A DNA stretch of 64,000 nucleotides from Novosphingobium sp. Chol11 (GTDB taxonomy: Bacteria > Pseudomonadota > Alphaproteobacteria > Sphingomonadales > Sphingomonadaceae). Positions 8,953 through 18,944 of this stretch are shown one piece after another. A model generated the notes under the pieces. The model searched no databases. It was not told where the DNA came from and was given only the letters and a program-made list of their open reading frames with translations. The position numbers and the translations under genes were made by a program. The stretch is taken from positions 28,432 to 92,431 of the forward strand of contig NZ_CAMBTS010000001.1 of assembly GCF_945870625.1 (NCBI RefSeq), written 5' to 3'. Position 1 is the stretch's first letter, and each line of letters starts with the position of its first letter.

Positions 8953-10521
8953 TCAGCTCGGCGTTGGTTCCGCCAAAGGACTGCCATCCGAGAGTTGCTC
9001 GCGCCGCACCAGCAAAATGAGCAGCACCGCTGATGCCGTCATCATGGCGATCATCGTCCATGCATCGTTGATCGCCTCGACCAACGCGGCCTTTTCGACC
9101 AATGGGCGCACAAGTTCGGTGGTAAACTCGTCCGGCGGCTGGCCCACTTGCTCCAGAAAGGCGTCGCGCGGGATGCCGATGCGCAGTGCTGTTGCCAGAT
9201 CGCCCGCGCGCAGCTTCGCCGCGATGGCGAGGCCGTGTGCAGTGCTTTGGCTGAAAATGACCGTGTCGATCAACGCCAGCCCTAGCGCACCGCCCAGATT
9301 GCGCATCAGATTGAACAGGCCGCTGCCATCGGCGACCAGCGCAGGCGGTAGCAAGCCCAGCGCAAGGCGAGTGGGCGGCAACAGGCAGAACATCGTTGCC
9401 GCGCCGCGCAGCATCTGCGGCAGCATCATCTCCGCCGCGTCTGTCTCCGCCGTCTGCCGCGCGCTCAGCGCCATGCCTGCGGCAAACAGCATAAACCCTG
9501 CGAACGTGAGTAGTCGCGGATCGACCCGGCGCTCAAGATAAACCGCAAGCGGGGCGGAGACCAACTGCGCGATGCCGGTGGCCAGCATGATCTCGCCGAT
9601 CCGCAGCGCGCCATCGCCGCGCACCAGGCCAAGGAAGAACGGCATCAGATAGGTAGAGCCGAACAGACCGATGCCCAGCACGAAGCTGAGCACGCAGCCG
9701 ATCGCGAAGTTGCGGTCGGCAAAGCATTTGATCTCCACCAGCGGCCAGCGCGAACGCAGCGTCTTGAACACAAAGAACGCCCCGCATGCCAAGAACGCTG
9801 TCATCAGGACCAGGACGCGCGGTGCATCCCAGCCCAGCGATGGCGCATCTTTAAGGCCAAGCTCGAACGCGGTGAGCGATACCGCCAGCACAACAAGGGC
9901 AACCGGATCGAACGCGCGCGCGCTGCGCCGGTTGGCCGCATTACCGCTTAGCAGTGCCGCAGCGCCAAATGCGGCGAGCACACCGGGCGCGATGTTGATA
10001 GCAAAGAGCCAATGCCACGACCAGGTTTGCGTGATCCAGCCGCCAACGATCGGCCCGACCGTCGGCGCCAGCACCGCCGCGACACCGGCAATGGTGGTTG
10101 CCGCCCCCTGTGAGCGTTCTGGAAACAGCAGGAAGACGGCGGAAAAGACTGCGGGGATCAGCGTGCCGCCTGCAAAGCCCTGCACGATCCGCCAGATGAT
10201 CAGCGTTTCGAAATTCTGCGCCAGCGCGCATCCGGCCGAAGCGACGGTGAAGGCTGCGACCGCGCCTACAAACAGCCAGCGCATGCCAAACCGCGCAGTC
10301 AGGTAGCCGGTGAGCGGGATGGCCACGATCTCTGCGGTCAGATACGCGGTCTGCACCCACAGCATGCGGTCTGGCGAAATTCCCAATGCCTGCTGGATCG
10401 TGGGAAGCGAGGTGACGACAATCTGGATGTCGAGGATTGCCATGAACATGCCCAGGCACATCACGATGAAACCTGCCCAGATGCGCAAACCGGTTTTTGC
10501 AGTGGGGGCCAGATCGTTCAT
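8953..10521 (-). CDS. DHA2 family MFS efflux permease (EmrB/QacA-like)
   Basis: GMFMAILDIQIV..SLP.IQ, WVQTAYL.AE, RIVQGFAGG, APTVGPIVGGWIT, SGLFNLMRNLGG motifs; about 14 hydrophobic segments. Confidence 0.92.
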   Translation of the reverse strand: MNDLAPTAKTGLRIWAGFIVMCLGMFMAILDIQIVVTSLPTIQQALGISPDRMLWVQTAYLTAEIVAIPLTGYLTARFGMRWLFVGAVAAFTVASAGCALAQNFETLIIWRIVQGFAGGTLIPAVFSAVFLLFPERSQGAATTIAGVAAVLAPTVGPIVGGWITQTWSWHWLFAINIAPGVLAAFGAAALLSGNAANRRSARAFDPVALVVLAVSLTAFELGLKDAPSLGWDAPRVLVLMTAFLACGAFFVFKTLRSRWPLVEIKCFADRNFAIGCVLSFVLGIGLFGSTYLMPFFLGLVRGDGALRIGEIMLATGIAQLVSAPLAVYLERRVDPRLLTFAGFMLFAAGMALSARQTAETDAAEMMLPQMLRGAATMFCLLPPTRLALGLLPPALVADGSGLFNLMRNLGGALGLALIDTVIFSQSTAHGLAIAAKLRAGDLATALRIGIPRDAFLEQVGQPPDEFTTELVRPLVEKAALVEAINDAWTMIAMMTASAVLLILLVRREQLSDGSPLAEPTPS

Positions 10522-10715
10522 CGCTGAGATATCCAGAATGAGGCAGAACGCCTACGTGCCAATTTTGCGGCTGCGCGCGGTCGTCGAAGGTGCTCGCCGA
10601 TTGCCCTCATGGCGTCGTCCGTATCCGGGAACAACTATGATTGCGAACGGGTTTGAGGGCAATGTGCAAAGGTCGGGCCGTAGGGCCCACAGCCAGCTAC
10701 TTTAAGGAAGACTGC

Positions 10716-11768
10716 TTGAAGCGCCCCGTAACCATTCTTTCGCTGGCCACGGCCACACCGCCGCACGAGTTGTCGCAAGAGGCGGCATTGCAAACCTCGC
10801 GCACGCTTTTGGCGGCGCAGTTTCGCGATTTTGAGCGCATGAGCGCGGTGTTTGCAAACGCCGGAATCGCCTTTCGCCAGCTCGCCCGCCCGGCCGAATG
10901 GTATCTTCAACCGCAGGGCTTTCCTGAACGCACGGCTGTTTATCTCGAAGTGGCGCTGGATCTTTTCGTGGCGGCCGCCAGTGCCGCGCTGGCCGAGGCG
11001 CGTATCGATGCCGATGCCATCGATACGATCGTCACGGTCTCTTCAACCGGCATCGCCACCCCCGGTCTGGAGGCGCGGGCGATGGGCCGGATGGGCTTTC
11101 GCAGCGATGTGGAGCGCGTGCCGGTGTTCGGCCTCGGCTGCGCAGGCGGCGTCTCCGGATTGTCGCTGGCCGCCAAGCTGGCACGGGTTTCGCCGGGATC
11201 GACGGTCCTGTTCGTGACAGTGGAGCTGTGCAGTCTGGCTTTGCGCACCGACGATGTGAGCAAAGCCGATATCATCTCGGCCGCGCTGTTTGGTGACGGC
11301 GCAGCGGCGTGTGTCGTGCGGGTTGGCGATGAAGGCTTTGCCGAAATCACCTGCAATGCGGAAACGACCTGGCCCGATACACTCGATATCATGGGCTGGA
11401 ACATGGAGCCTAACGGCCTTGGGGTCGTGCTGAACCGCGCGATTCCCGCCTTTGCGCGCCGGAACATGGCGGAGGCGATGGAAAAGATGCTGGGCGGCCA
11501 AAATCTGCGGATTGGCGATATCGACCGGTTTATCTGCCATCCGGGCGGGGCCAAAGTGGTCGATGCGATGGAGACCGCGCTTTCGCTCAATCAAGGATCG
11601 CTTGATCATGAGCGCGAAGTGCTGCGGCTTCACGGCAATATGTCGGCGCCTACGGTGCTGTTCGTGCTGGACCGGGTGCGCGCGCAGGAAATGCCGCCGC
11701 TGTCGGTGCTCACCGCGCTCGGGCCGGGCTTTACTGCCAGTGCTGTCACGCTTAGGCGCGCGGCATGA
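10716..11768 (+). CDS. Type III polyketide synthase (chalcone synthase-like; BpsA/SrsA-type)
   Basis: Catalytic triad present: FGLGCAGG (Cys), ICHPGG (His), HGNMS (Asn); also VELCSL, LFGDGAAA and GPGF. TTG start at 10716 follows AAGGAAG. Confidence 0.92.
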   Translation: MKRPVTILSLATATPPHELSQEAALQTSRTLLAAQFRDFERMSAVFANAGIAFRQLARPAEWYLQPQGFPERTAVYLEVALDLFVAAASAALAEARIDADAIDTIVTVSSTGIATPGLEARAMGRMGFRSDVERVPVFGLGCAGGVSGLSLAAKLARVSPGSTVLFVTVELCSLALRTDDVSKADIISAALFGDGAAACVVRVGDEGFAEITCNAETTWPDTLDIMGWNMEPNGLGVVLNRAIPAFARRNMAEAMEKMLGGQNLRIGDIDRFICHPGGAKVVDAMETALSLNQGSLDHEREVLRLHGNMSAPTVLFVLDRVRAQEMPPLSVLTALGPGFTASAVTLRRAA

Positions 11769-12274
11769 GCCTGCCTTATGTGATCATGGCGCTGGTCACG
11801 CTGCAGCGTCTTGGCGAGCTGATCATCGCCAATCGCAACACTCGCGATTTGCGCGCGCGCGGTGCGATCGAGTTCGGGCGGGGCCATTATCCGGCGATGG
11901 TGGCGATGCACGGCGCTTGGCTTGTCGCGCTGTGGCTGTCGGTCGGCGGCACATCTGTCAATCTGCCGCTGCTGGCCGTGTTCGGCGTTTTGCAAGCCTT
12001 GCGCGTTTGGGTGCTGGCCACGCTTGGCCGCCGCTGGACCACGCGCATCATCGTGTTGCCCGGTGCCGAACTGGTTCGGGGCGGACCATTCCGCTTCTTG
12101 CGGCACCCGAATTATTGCGTGGTGGTCGGCGAAATTGCGGTGCTGCCCCTCGTGTTTGGGCTGACATGGATCGCGGTGCTGTTTTCGCTGCTCAATGCCG
12201 CGATGCTGTGGGTGCGGATCGGCGCGGAATCCCGCGCGCTTTATGGTTTGCCGGTGGCTGCAAGCGAGGGCTGA
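11765..12274 (+). CDS. Isoprenylcysteine carboxyl methyltransferase family protein (BpsB/SrsB-like)
   Basis: QRLGEL..A.RN, TLG.RWTTRII, GPFRFLRHPNY motifs; ATGA overlap with the PKS. Confidence 0.88.
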   Translation: MSLPYVIMALVTLQRLGELIIANRNTRDLRARGAIEFGRGHYPAMVAMHGAWLVALWLSVGGTSVNLPLLAVFGVLQALRVWVLATLGRRWTTRIIVLPGAELVRGGPFRFLRHPNYCVVVGEIAVLPLVFGLTWIAVLFSLLNAAMLWVRIGAESRALYGLPVAASEG

Positions 12275-12546
12275 ACCTTCGCTTTCGCCATCGATTCGCG
12301 CTCGGCTTTGATGCGCAGCATCGCGGCGTGGCAGATAGCCGATGTTTGGTCCACTTTGGCGATCATGCAGGCCTCGACGCGCTTTCGGCTGAGGGTGCGC
12401 ATTTCCGCCGGGCAAAGCCGCCGCGCTTCCTGCGCGCAGGCGCGCTTGCCAAGATCAGGAACGGCAAAAGCCGTGCCCGAAGCCGCCAGAAGCGCGCAGG
12501 CAAAAGCAGCGGTCAACGGGCGGCCTAGCGAGGCGATAGGGTCCAT
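12241..12546 (-). CDS. Small secreted four-Cys protein (cysteine-rich repeat type)
   Basis: AGGAA SD before ATG 12546; signal-like FACALLAASGTAFA; C-x7-C-x14-C-x11-C pattern in the mature part. Confidence 0.65.
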   Translation of the reverse strand: MDPIASLGRPLTAAFACALLAASGTAFAVPDLGKRACAQEARRLCPAEMRTLSRKRVEACMIAKVDQTSAICHAAMLRIKAERESMAKAKVQPSLAATGKP

Positions 12547-12625
12547 GAGGTCATTTCCTGAGTTCGACGACGGGTTCGCCCATGCCTTACATTGCGCCGC
12601 ATGAACGGCCAATGTCGCTCTGCGC

Positions 12626-13399
12626 TCAGCCGGTTTCAACCAGATTGATGCCGCCCGCCCGAATGCGCGCTCGCAAACCTGGATGATCGATCCGGTCGGT
12701 GACGAGATGGTGCAGAGCCTCGATTCCGGCAATCCGCAGCGGCGCTGCGCGGCCGATCTTGCTGGCGTCTGCCACCAGGATCACCTCGCGCGCATGGCGG
12801 ATGATGCTGCGCGAAACCTGCACTTCATCGGGATCGAAATCGAGCAGATCACCTTCGAACGACAGACCTGACGCGCCGATCAGCGCATAATCGACCCGGA
12901 AGTTATCGAGAAACTGGTGCGCCAGTGCGCCGACCACCGCGCGGTCGCTGCTGCGCACTTCCCCGCCGACCGCAATCACGGCAAGACCGGGCCGACCGGC
13001 AAGCTGATCAACGACGTTGAGATTGTTGGTGATGACCATCAGTTTCTGATGATGCGCGAGATGCCGGGCGGCAGCCTCGGTCGTGGTGCCGATATTGATG
13101 AACAGCGAGGCCCCCTCGGGCACTAGCCGCGCCGCCGCAGCGCCGATCCGCGCCTTGGCATCGGCGGCGAGGCGGCGCCGCTCGTCATAGAGCAGATTGG
13201 CGATCCCCGAACCGATCGCCGCGCCGCCATGCACGCGCGCAAGCAAAGATCGCTCGGCCAGCCGGTTCAGGTCTTTGCGGATCGTTTGCGGCGTTACCCC
13301 GTGCGCCTTGGCCAGCGCCGCCACATCGACCTCGCCGGCCACGCGTGCGCTTTCGAGAATTGCAGCATGCCGGGCGGCAAGATCATGCCTGCTCGACAT
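12626..13399 (-). CDS. glpR: DeoR-family glycerol-3-phosphate regulon repressor
   Basis: HGVTPQTIRKDL..L....L.RVHGGA HTH; LFINIGTT, ITNNLNV and ADASK sensor motifs; overlaps the glpD stop by 17 nt. Confidence 0.88.
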   Translation of the reverse strand: MSSRHDLAARHAAILESARVAGEVDVAALAKAHGVTPQTIRKDLNRLAERSLLARVHGGAAIGSGIANLLYDERRRLAADAKARIGAAAARLVPEGASLFINIGTTTEAAARHLAHHQKLMVITNNLNVVDQLAGRPGLAVIAVGGEVRSSDRAVVGALAHQFLDNFRVDYALIGASGLSFEGDLLDFDPDEVQVSRSIIRHAREVILVADASKIGRAAPLRIAGIEALHHLVTDRIDHPGLRARIRAGGINLVETG

Positions 13400-14924
13400 G
13401 AACCTGCGCGGTGCGTTTCCGAATGAGGTGGCCATCGATGGCGGCGGCGGTGCCCGGGGGCACATGCAGGCCCATCTTGCTGCGCCGGTAGAGGATGTCT
13501 TCGGCGCTGCACGCCCATTCCTGTTCGGCAAGATAATCGACCTCGGCCTGGGTCAATCCGCCTCCGAAGTCGGTGCCCAGATCGTCTGGCACTTGCGCAT
13601 CGCCCAGCAGGTTTTGCACCCGCGTGCCATAAGCACGGGCGAGGCGGCGCAGGAGCGCGCGGGGCAGGGAGGGGCGCTCGGCCGCCAACGCTGCGACAAA
13701 GCCCTCGAAATCGTCGCCCGGAATATCGCCGCCGGGCAGATCCGCGCCTGCGGTCCATGGCCCCCGTGCCGCCGGAAAGAACGGCGTAAGCTTCTCCAGC
13801 GCATGCTCTGCCAGCTTGCGAAATGTCGTGATCTTGCCGCCGAACACGCTGAGCATCGGTGCTTTGCCATCGGCGGCATCGAGATCGAGCACATAGTCGC
13901 GCGTGACGGCAGACGCGCTGGCGGCATGGTCGTCATAAAGCGGGCGGATGCCGGCGTAACTCCACACCACGTCTTCCGGCTGGATCTGCGTCTTGAAATA
14001 GCGGCGCACGGTTTCGCATAGATAGGCGGTTTCGCCTGGCGAGATTTCGGCGCGGCCGGGCAAGCCTTCCCATGGCTCGTCGGTCGTGCCGATCAGCGTG
14101 AAGTTGGTCTCGTAAGGGATTGCAAACACGACCCGTTTATCCGGGTTCTGCAACATGAAGGCGTGATCGCCATCATAAAGCCGGGGCACCACGATGTGGC
14201 TGCCCTTGATCAGCCGGACGCCGCGATCTTGCCGCGCGCTTGCAACACGCTGGAGCACGTCCTCGACCCACGGGCCTGCGGCGTTGACCAGCGCCTTTGC
14301 CATCACGGCCCGTTCGCCCTGCGGACCACGTATCAGCGCGCTCCACTGCGGACCTTCGCGTTTCGCAGACACCAGCCGGGTGCGTGTCTCTATCCGCGCC
14401 CCGCTTTCTGCAGCATCGCGCGCATTCAGAATTACCAGCCTGCTGTCTTCAACCCAGCAATCGGAATAGACGAACGCTGTTTTTGAGCCGGGCAGCAGGC
14501 CGTTGTTCAAAGACGAACGGCGCAAATCGACCGTCTTGGTCGCGGGCAGTTTCTTGCGCCCGCCAAGGTGGTCATAGATAAACAGGCCGAGCCGCACGAG
14601 CCAGGCCGGGCGCGGAGAATTGAGCTGCGGCAGCACGAACGCGAGCGGCCAGATGATATGCGGGGCCATGCCGAGCAGCCGCTCGCGCTCGATCAACGAT
14701 TCGCGCACCAGCCGGAATTCGTAATATTCAAGATAGCGCAGCCCGCCATGGATCAACTTGGTGCTGGCCGAGGAGGTGTGGCTGGCCAAGTCTTCCGCCT
14801 CGACAAGCAGCACCGAAAGCCCGCGCCCGGCGGCATCGCGCGCAATACCCGTGCCGTTGATCCCGCCGCCGATGATCAGTAGATCGTATGCCTCGTGCAG
14901 TTCCTTTTGCACTCCGGTTGTCAT
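13383..14924 (-). CDS. glpD: Glycerol-3-phosphate dehydrogenase (FAD)
   Basis: [55 protein letters not shown] motifs. Confidence 0.95.
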   Translation of the reverse strand: MTTGVQKELHEAYDLLIIGGGINGTGIARDAAGRGLSVLLVEAEDLASHTSSASTKLIHGGLRYLEYYEFRLVRESLIERERLLGMAPHIIWPLAFVLPQLNSPRPAWLVRLGLFIYDHLGGRKKLPATKTVDLRRSSLNNGLLPGSKTAFVYSDCWVEDSRLVILNARDAAESGARIETRTRLVSAKREGPQWSALIRGPQGERAVMAKALVNAAGPWVEDVLQRVASARQDRGVRLIKGSHIVVPRLYDGDHAFMLQNPDKRVVFAIPYETNFTLIGTTDEPWEGLPGRAEISPGETAYLCETVRRYFKTQIQPEDVVWSYAGIRPLYDDHAASASAVTRDYVLDLDAADGKAPMLSVFGGKITTFRKLAEHALEKLTPFFPAARGPWTAGADLPGGDIPGDDFEGFVAALAAERPSLPRALLRRLARAYGTRVQNLLGDAQVPDDLGTDFGGGLTQAEVDYLAEQEWACSAEDILYRRSKMGLHVPPGTAAAIDGHLIRKRTAQVHVEQA

Positions 14925-14987
14925 GCTCGAATTCCTTGCTCCATTACTCCTACCATAAGCGCTTGTCGGGGCAAAAACAATGGATGC

Positions 14988-15034
14988 GAACGCCAAACGA
15001 AATGCTATGAAGCCCAAAAGAACGCAAAACGAAA
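14988..15034. promoter_or_regulatory. Tandem candidate GlpR sites
   Basis: GAACGCCAAACGAAA (14988-15002) and GAACGCAAAACGAAA (15020-15034), 32 bp apart, in the glpD/glpK divergent gap; each contains TTTCGTT on the minus strand. Confidence 0.6.
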
Positions 15035-15044
15035 GGGAGGGGTG

Positions 15045-16544
15045 ATGGCCGAGGCAACGCACATTCTAGCGATCGATCAAGGGACGACCACGACGCGCTC
15101 CATTGTGTTTGACGCAGCGGCCCGGCCCGTTGCGACCGCGCAGGCCGAGTTTGCGCAGCATTATCCGCAAGCCGGCTGGGTTGAGCATGACGTCGAAGAT
15201 ATCTGGCGCGATGCGCTGGCTACGGCGCGCGAGGCCATCGACAAGGCTGGGCTGACCGCCAGCGATATTGCCGCCATCGGCATCACCAACCAGCGCGAAA
15301 CCGCCGTGATCTGGGACCGCGCGACCGGCGAGCCGATCCACCGCGCGATTGTCTGGCAGGATCGGCGCACCGCTGATACCTGCGCGGCGCTCAAAGCGGA
15401 TGGCGCAGAGCTGATGGTCAGCGCGCGCACCGGCTTGCTGGTCGATCCGTATTTCTCGGGCACAAAGGTGGCCTGGATGCTCGATCATGTGCCGGGCGCG
15501 CGGGCGCGGGCGGAGCGCGGCGAACTGGCTTTCGGCACCATCGATTGCTTCTTGCTGTGGCGCTTCACCGGCGGGGCGGTGCACGCCACCGATGTGACCA
15601 ACGCCGGCCGCACGATGCTTTATGATATCCACCGCCAATGCTGGGACGAGGAATTGTGCCACCTGCTGCGTGTGCCGATGACCCTGCTGCCAACGGTTTG
15701 CGACAACAGCCAGGTGTTTGGCGAAACCAGCCTGCTCGGCGCGCCGATCCGCATCGCCGGGATGGCGGGCGATCAGCAGGCAGCGCTGTTCGGGCAGGCC
15801 TGCTTTGCTGCGGGGCAAGCCAAATCGACCTATGGCACCGGCTGCTTCATGTTGCTCAACACCGGCGAAGACGCGTTCACCTCGCACAACCGCCTGCTAA
15901 CCACGCCTGCCTATCGCCTTGGCGGCAAGATGACGTACGCGCTCGAAGGTTCGATCTTTGTGGCGGGCGCAGCGATCAAGTGGCTGCGCGACGGAATCGG
16001 CGTGATCGCCCATGCCAGCGATACGCATGGGCTGGCGGCGCAAGTGCCCGACAGCCACGGGGTGTATATGGTGCCCGCCTTTACCGGGCTGGGCGCGCCG
16101 CATTGGGACCCGGACGCGCGCGGCGCGATCTTCGGGCTGACGCTCGGTTCGACGCAGGCGCATCTGGCGCGCGCCGCACTGGAGGCGGTGGGGTATCAGA
16201 CGCTAGATCTGGCGCGCACGATGGCCGCAGATGGCGCCAAGGCTCCTGAAACCTTGCGCGTGGATGGCGGCATGGCAGCCAACGACTGGCTTTGCCAATT
16301 CCTGGCCGATCTGCTCGGTGCTGCGGTCGAGCGTCCTGCGCATCTTGAGACGACCGCCCTGGGTGCGGCCTTTCACGCAGGGCTGGCGGTCGGTGTGTGG
16401 AGCGATCTGGCGGCGTTGGAGCAGACGTGGACCAGCGGCAGTCGCTTCACGCCTAAAATGAGCGCATCGCAGCGCGATCCGCTGGTGGCGGGTTGGCATG
16501 ATGCGGTGGCGCGAACACTCTCGCACATGGAGCGCCGGGCATGA
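15045..16544 (+). CDS. glpK: Glycerol kinase
   Basis: [58 protein letters not shown] motifs; GGAGG SD. Confidence 0.96.
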   Translation: MAEATHILAIDQGTTTTRSIVFDAAARPVATAQAEFAQHYPQAGWVEHDVEDIWRDALATAREAIDKAGLTASDIAAIGITNQRETAVIWDRATGEPIHRAIVWQDRRTADTCAALKADGAELMVSARTGLLVDPYFSGTKVAWMLDHVPGARARAERGELAFGTIDCFLLWRFTGGAVHATDVTNAGRTMLYDIHRQCWDEELCHLLRVPMTLLPTVCDNSQVFGETSLLGAPIRIAGMAGDQQAALFGQACFAAGQAKSTYGTGCFMLLNTGEDAFTSHNRLLTTPAYRLGGKMTYALEGSIFVAGAAIKWLRDGIGVIAHASDTHGLAAQVPDSHGVYMVPAFTGLGAPHWDPDARGAIFGLTLGSTQAHLARAALEAVGYQTLDLARTMAADGAKAPETLRVDGGMAANDWLCQFLADLLGAAVERPAHLETTALGAAFHAGLAVGVWSDLAALEQTWTSGSRFTPKMSASQRDPLVAGWHDAVARTLSHMERRA

Positions 16545-17842
16545 TGCGGCCTGCGATTGGCCTTGCGGCCTTGTTGCTCACAGCGGCAGCACCGCCATGC
16601 GTACCCGAAATCGGCGCACCCGAGCTTGCCGCGCTGGGTCCAAACGGGGCAGGCGTGATGCTGCGCACCGTCGTCGACCGAGGGCAGGTGGAGGCATTAG
16701 GCAGCTTTGCCAGCGGCCAGCTGCTGCGCAGCGACCGCACTTTGCCGCTGATGATCTGGTATCCGGCGAAGGTTTCGGCCAAGGCGAAGCGCGCAACTTA
16801 TAGCGCCAGCTTGGTGGGAGAGGTTCCCGGCACAGCGGCGCGCTTCACCGTGCCCGGCCTTGCTGTGCGCGGCGCGGCGCCTGCGGGCAAGGGCTATCCT
16901 ATCGTCCTGCTCTCGCACGGGTATAACAACGATCCGGCGATGCTCACTTGGCTGGCGGAAAATCTCGCGACCAAAGGCTATGTGGTGGTGGGCATCCGTC
17001 ACAACGATCCGCCGATCACCGATACCAAGCAGTCGCCCGCCACCTTGATCCGCCGCCCGCTCGATATTGCGTTTGTTTTGCGTCAACTGAAGGGCGGATT
17101 GCTTGGCCCTCTGGGCGATACGTCGCGGATCGCTCTGGCTGGGTACTCGTTCGGTGGTTACGGGGTGATCACGGTGGCAGGTGCCGGGCTCGATCCGGCG
17201 AGCCCGGCGGTCAAGCGCCTGCCGCCGGTCTTGGCGGATCGTTATGCAGGCGGCGGGCCGGAGGCGGCCAGCTTGAAAGATGGCGGCGTGAAGGCGGTTG
17301 TCGCCATTGCTCCGGCGGGCGGCGCTCCGGCGCTGGCATGGGGGAGGGGCCTAGGCGATGTCCGCGCGCCGCTGCTGATTGTGGCCGGGACTGCCGACCG
17401 GACCGTGGGCTATGATCCGGGTCCGGCCTCGATCTTTGCCGGAGCGACAGGCGCGGATCGTTACATGCTGGCCCTTCAAGGCGCGGGCCATGCCATCGGC
17501 ACCAATCCGCCGCCCGCGCAGATGCGCGGCAACTTATGGAACTTCGACTGGTTTGAGGACCGCGTGTGGCGCAAGACGCGGGTGAACGGCATCGCGGTCC
17601 ATTTCATCACCGCGTTTCTGGACGTGCACTTAAAGGGCGATGCCAGCAAGCAGGCCTATCTGGATGTGCCCGGCGAAAGCTCGGACGGCGCGGTTTGGAA
17701 GGGCGGGCCCGCTCCCTATGCTGCGGTCAGCCAAGGCGGCGACAATCCGACATGGAAAGGCTTCGTGAAGGACCATCAGGACGGGCTGATGTTGCGCCAT
17801 CTCGCGGCCAAGCCTACGCAAACGCCCGTGCCGAAGCCCTGA
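16541..17842 (+). CDS. Secreted alpha/beta-hydrolase (dienelactone hydrolase / PAF-AH-like)
   Basis: Signal-like N-terminus; LLSHGY; nucleophile elbow GYSFGG; GTAD (Asp); GAGH (His). Confidence 0.82.
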   Translation: MMRPAIGLAALLLTAAAPPCVPEIGAPELAALGPNGAGVMLRTVVDRGQVEALGSFASGQLLRSDRTLPLMIWYPAKVSAKAKRATYSASLVGEVPGTAARFTVPGLAVRGAAPAGKGYPIVLLSHGYNNDPAMLTWLAENLATKGYVVVGIRHNDPPITDTKQSPATLIRRPLDIAFVLRQLKGGLLGPLGDTSRIALAGYSFGGYGVITVAGAGLDPASPAVKRLPPVLADRYAGGGPEAASLKDGGVKAVVAIAPAGGAPALAWGRGLGDVRAPLLIVAGTADRTVGYDPGPASIFAGATGADRYMLALQGAGHAIGTNPPPAQMRGNLWNFDWFEDRVWRKTRVNGIAVHFITAFLDVHLKGDASKQAYLDVPGESSDGAVWKGGPAPYAAVSQGGDNPTWKGFVKDHQDGLMLRHLAAKPTQTPVPKP

Positions 17843-17850
17843 TCGCCTGA

Positions 17851-18873
17851 TCAGTTGGCCGAGAGCGCGGGCGGCTGGGCGGCGCCGTTCGGCGCACCAT
17901 ACGTGAAATGGCTGATGATCCAGTCGCGCAGCATGTAGATCGCCGGATCGGCTAGATCTTCGGTATGCGTCTTGAGGTAATAGCCGAAGCCGTCGCCGGA
18001 GATGCGGTCAAACGGCATGACCAGCTCGCCCTTGGCGATCTCCTGCGCGAACATGTCGATATCCGCGAGCACGACGCCTGACGCGCTCATAGCATAGCGC
18101 ACCGCCGAAAATGCGGTGTCAAAGGCAAGGCCATCGTTCGTGTCGATCGCTAGGCGCTGCTGATCGGCATAGCTGCTCCACAGCAGCCCGCGCGGCTCGC
18201 CCTCCAGCTTGACATGGAGCAGCTCGTTATCCTGCAGGAACTGTTCGAGGCCCTTGCCTTTATGCGCGTCTGCCGTGGCGGGCGAGCAGAGCGGCGCAAC
18301 CCGCACCATCCAGAGCAGATCGGCGACCTTGTCGTCCACATTGGGCCGATCAAACACGATCGCCATATCGACATTGGCCCTGGGTTCGCCGGTCACGTTC
18401 GACGAGGTGACGTCTATGCGCACCTCGGGATGCTCTTTGTGAAAGTCGCGGATCAGCGGCAACGCGTTCTGGTAGAGCAGCGATGGGGGAATGTGCAGCC
18501 GCAGCGGTCGGCTTTCGAGATCCTTGTTGCGGATCGTGTTGATCGTCTGCTCCATCCGGTCGAGGCATTTGCCGATGACCGGGAGCAGGATCGCGCCCGC
18601 AGGGGTCAGCTTAAGGCCAGTCGGCCCACGCTCGAACAAAGGCTTGCCGACAAGATCTTCGAGGCTGCTGACATGGCGGCTCATCGCGCTTTGTGAGACC
18701 GTCAGGGCCTGCGCGCCCCCGGTAAAGCTCATGTGGCGGCCCACGGCCTCAAACGCGCGCAAGGCGTTGAGCGGCAGCCAGCGTCGATTGATGAGGCGGT
18801 CGGTGGCTATCTGAATTTCTCCCTCGCTCGCAGCAGATTGCCCGCCGCATTGATCTACGTCAATGCGGGTCAT
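17851..18873 (-). CDS. LysR family regulator (GcvA/AmpR-like)
   Basis: WLPLNALRAFEAVGRHMSFT.GA..L.VSQSAMSRHV..LE HTH. Start uncertain; the SD points to 18810 (see findings). Confidence 0.9.
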   Translation of the reverse strand: MTRIDVDQCGGQSAASEGEIQIATDRLINRRWLPLNALRAFEAVGRHMSFTGGAQALTVSQSAMSRHVSSLEDLVGKPLFERGPTGLKLTPAGAILLPVIGKCLDRMEQTINTIRNKDLESRPLRLHIPPSLLYQNALPLIRDFHKEHPEVRIDVTSSNVTGEPRANVDMAIVFDRPNVDDKVADLLWMVRVAPLCSPATADAHKGKGLEQFLQDNELLHVKLEGEPRGLLWSSYADQQRLAIDTNDGLAFDTAFSAVRYAMSASGVVLADIDMFAQEIAKGELVMPFDRISGDGFGYYLKTHTEDLADPAIYMLRDWIISHFTYGAPNGAAQPPALSAN

Positions 18874-18944
18874 TCTCGGTACGGCCTTGCCGAATTATAA
18901 GCAGATATAATATAGGCTTCCGCCCATGGTTATGGAACACGCTG

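Noticed and set aside
10522-10715. Guanidine or other riboswitch upstream of the EmrB-type pump
   Set aside because: ACGA strings are present but not in paired stem-loops, and no ykkC-type consensus was found.
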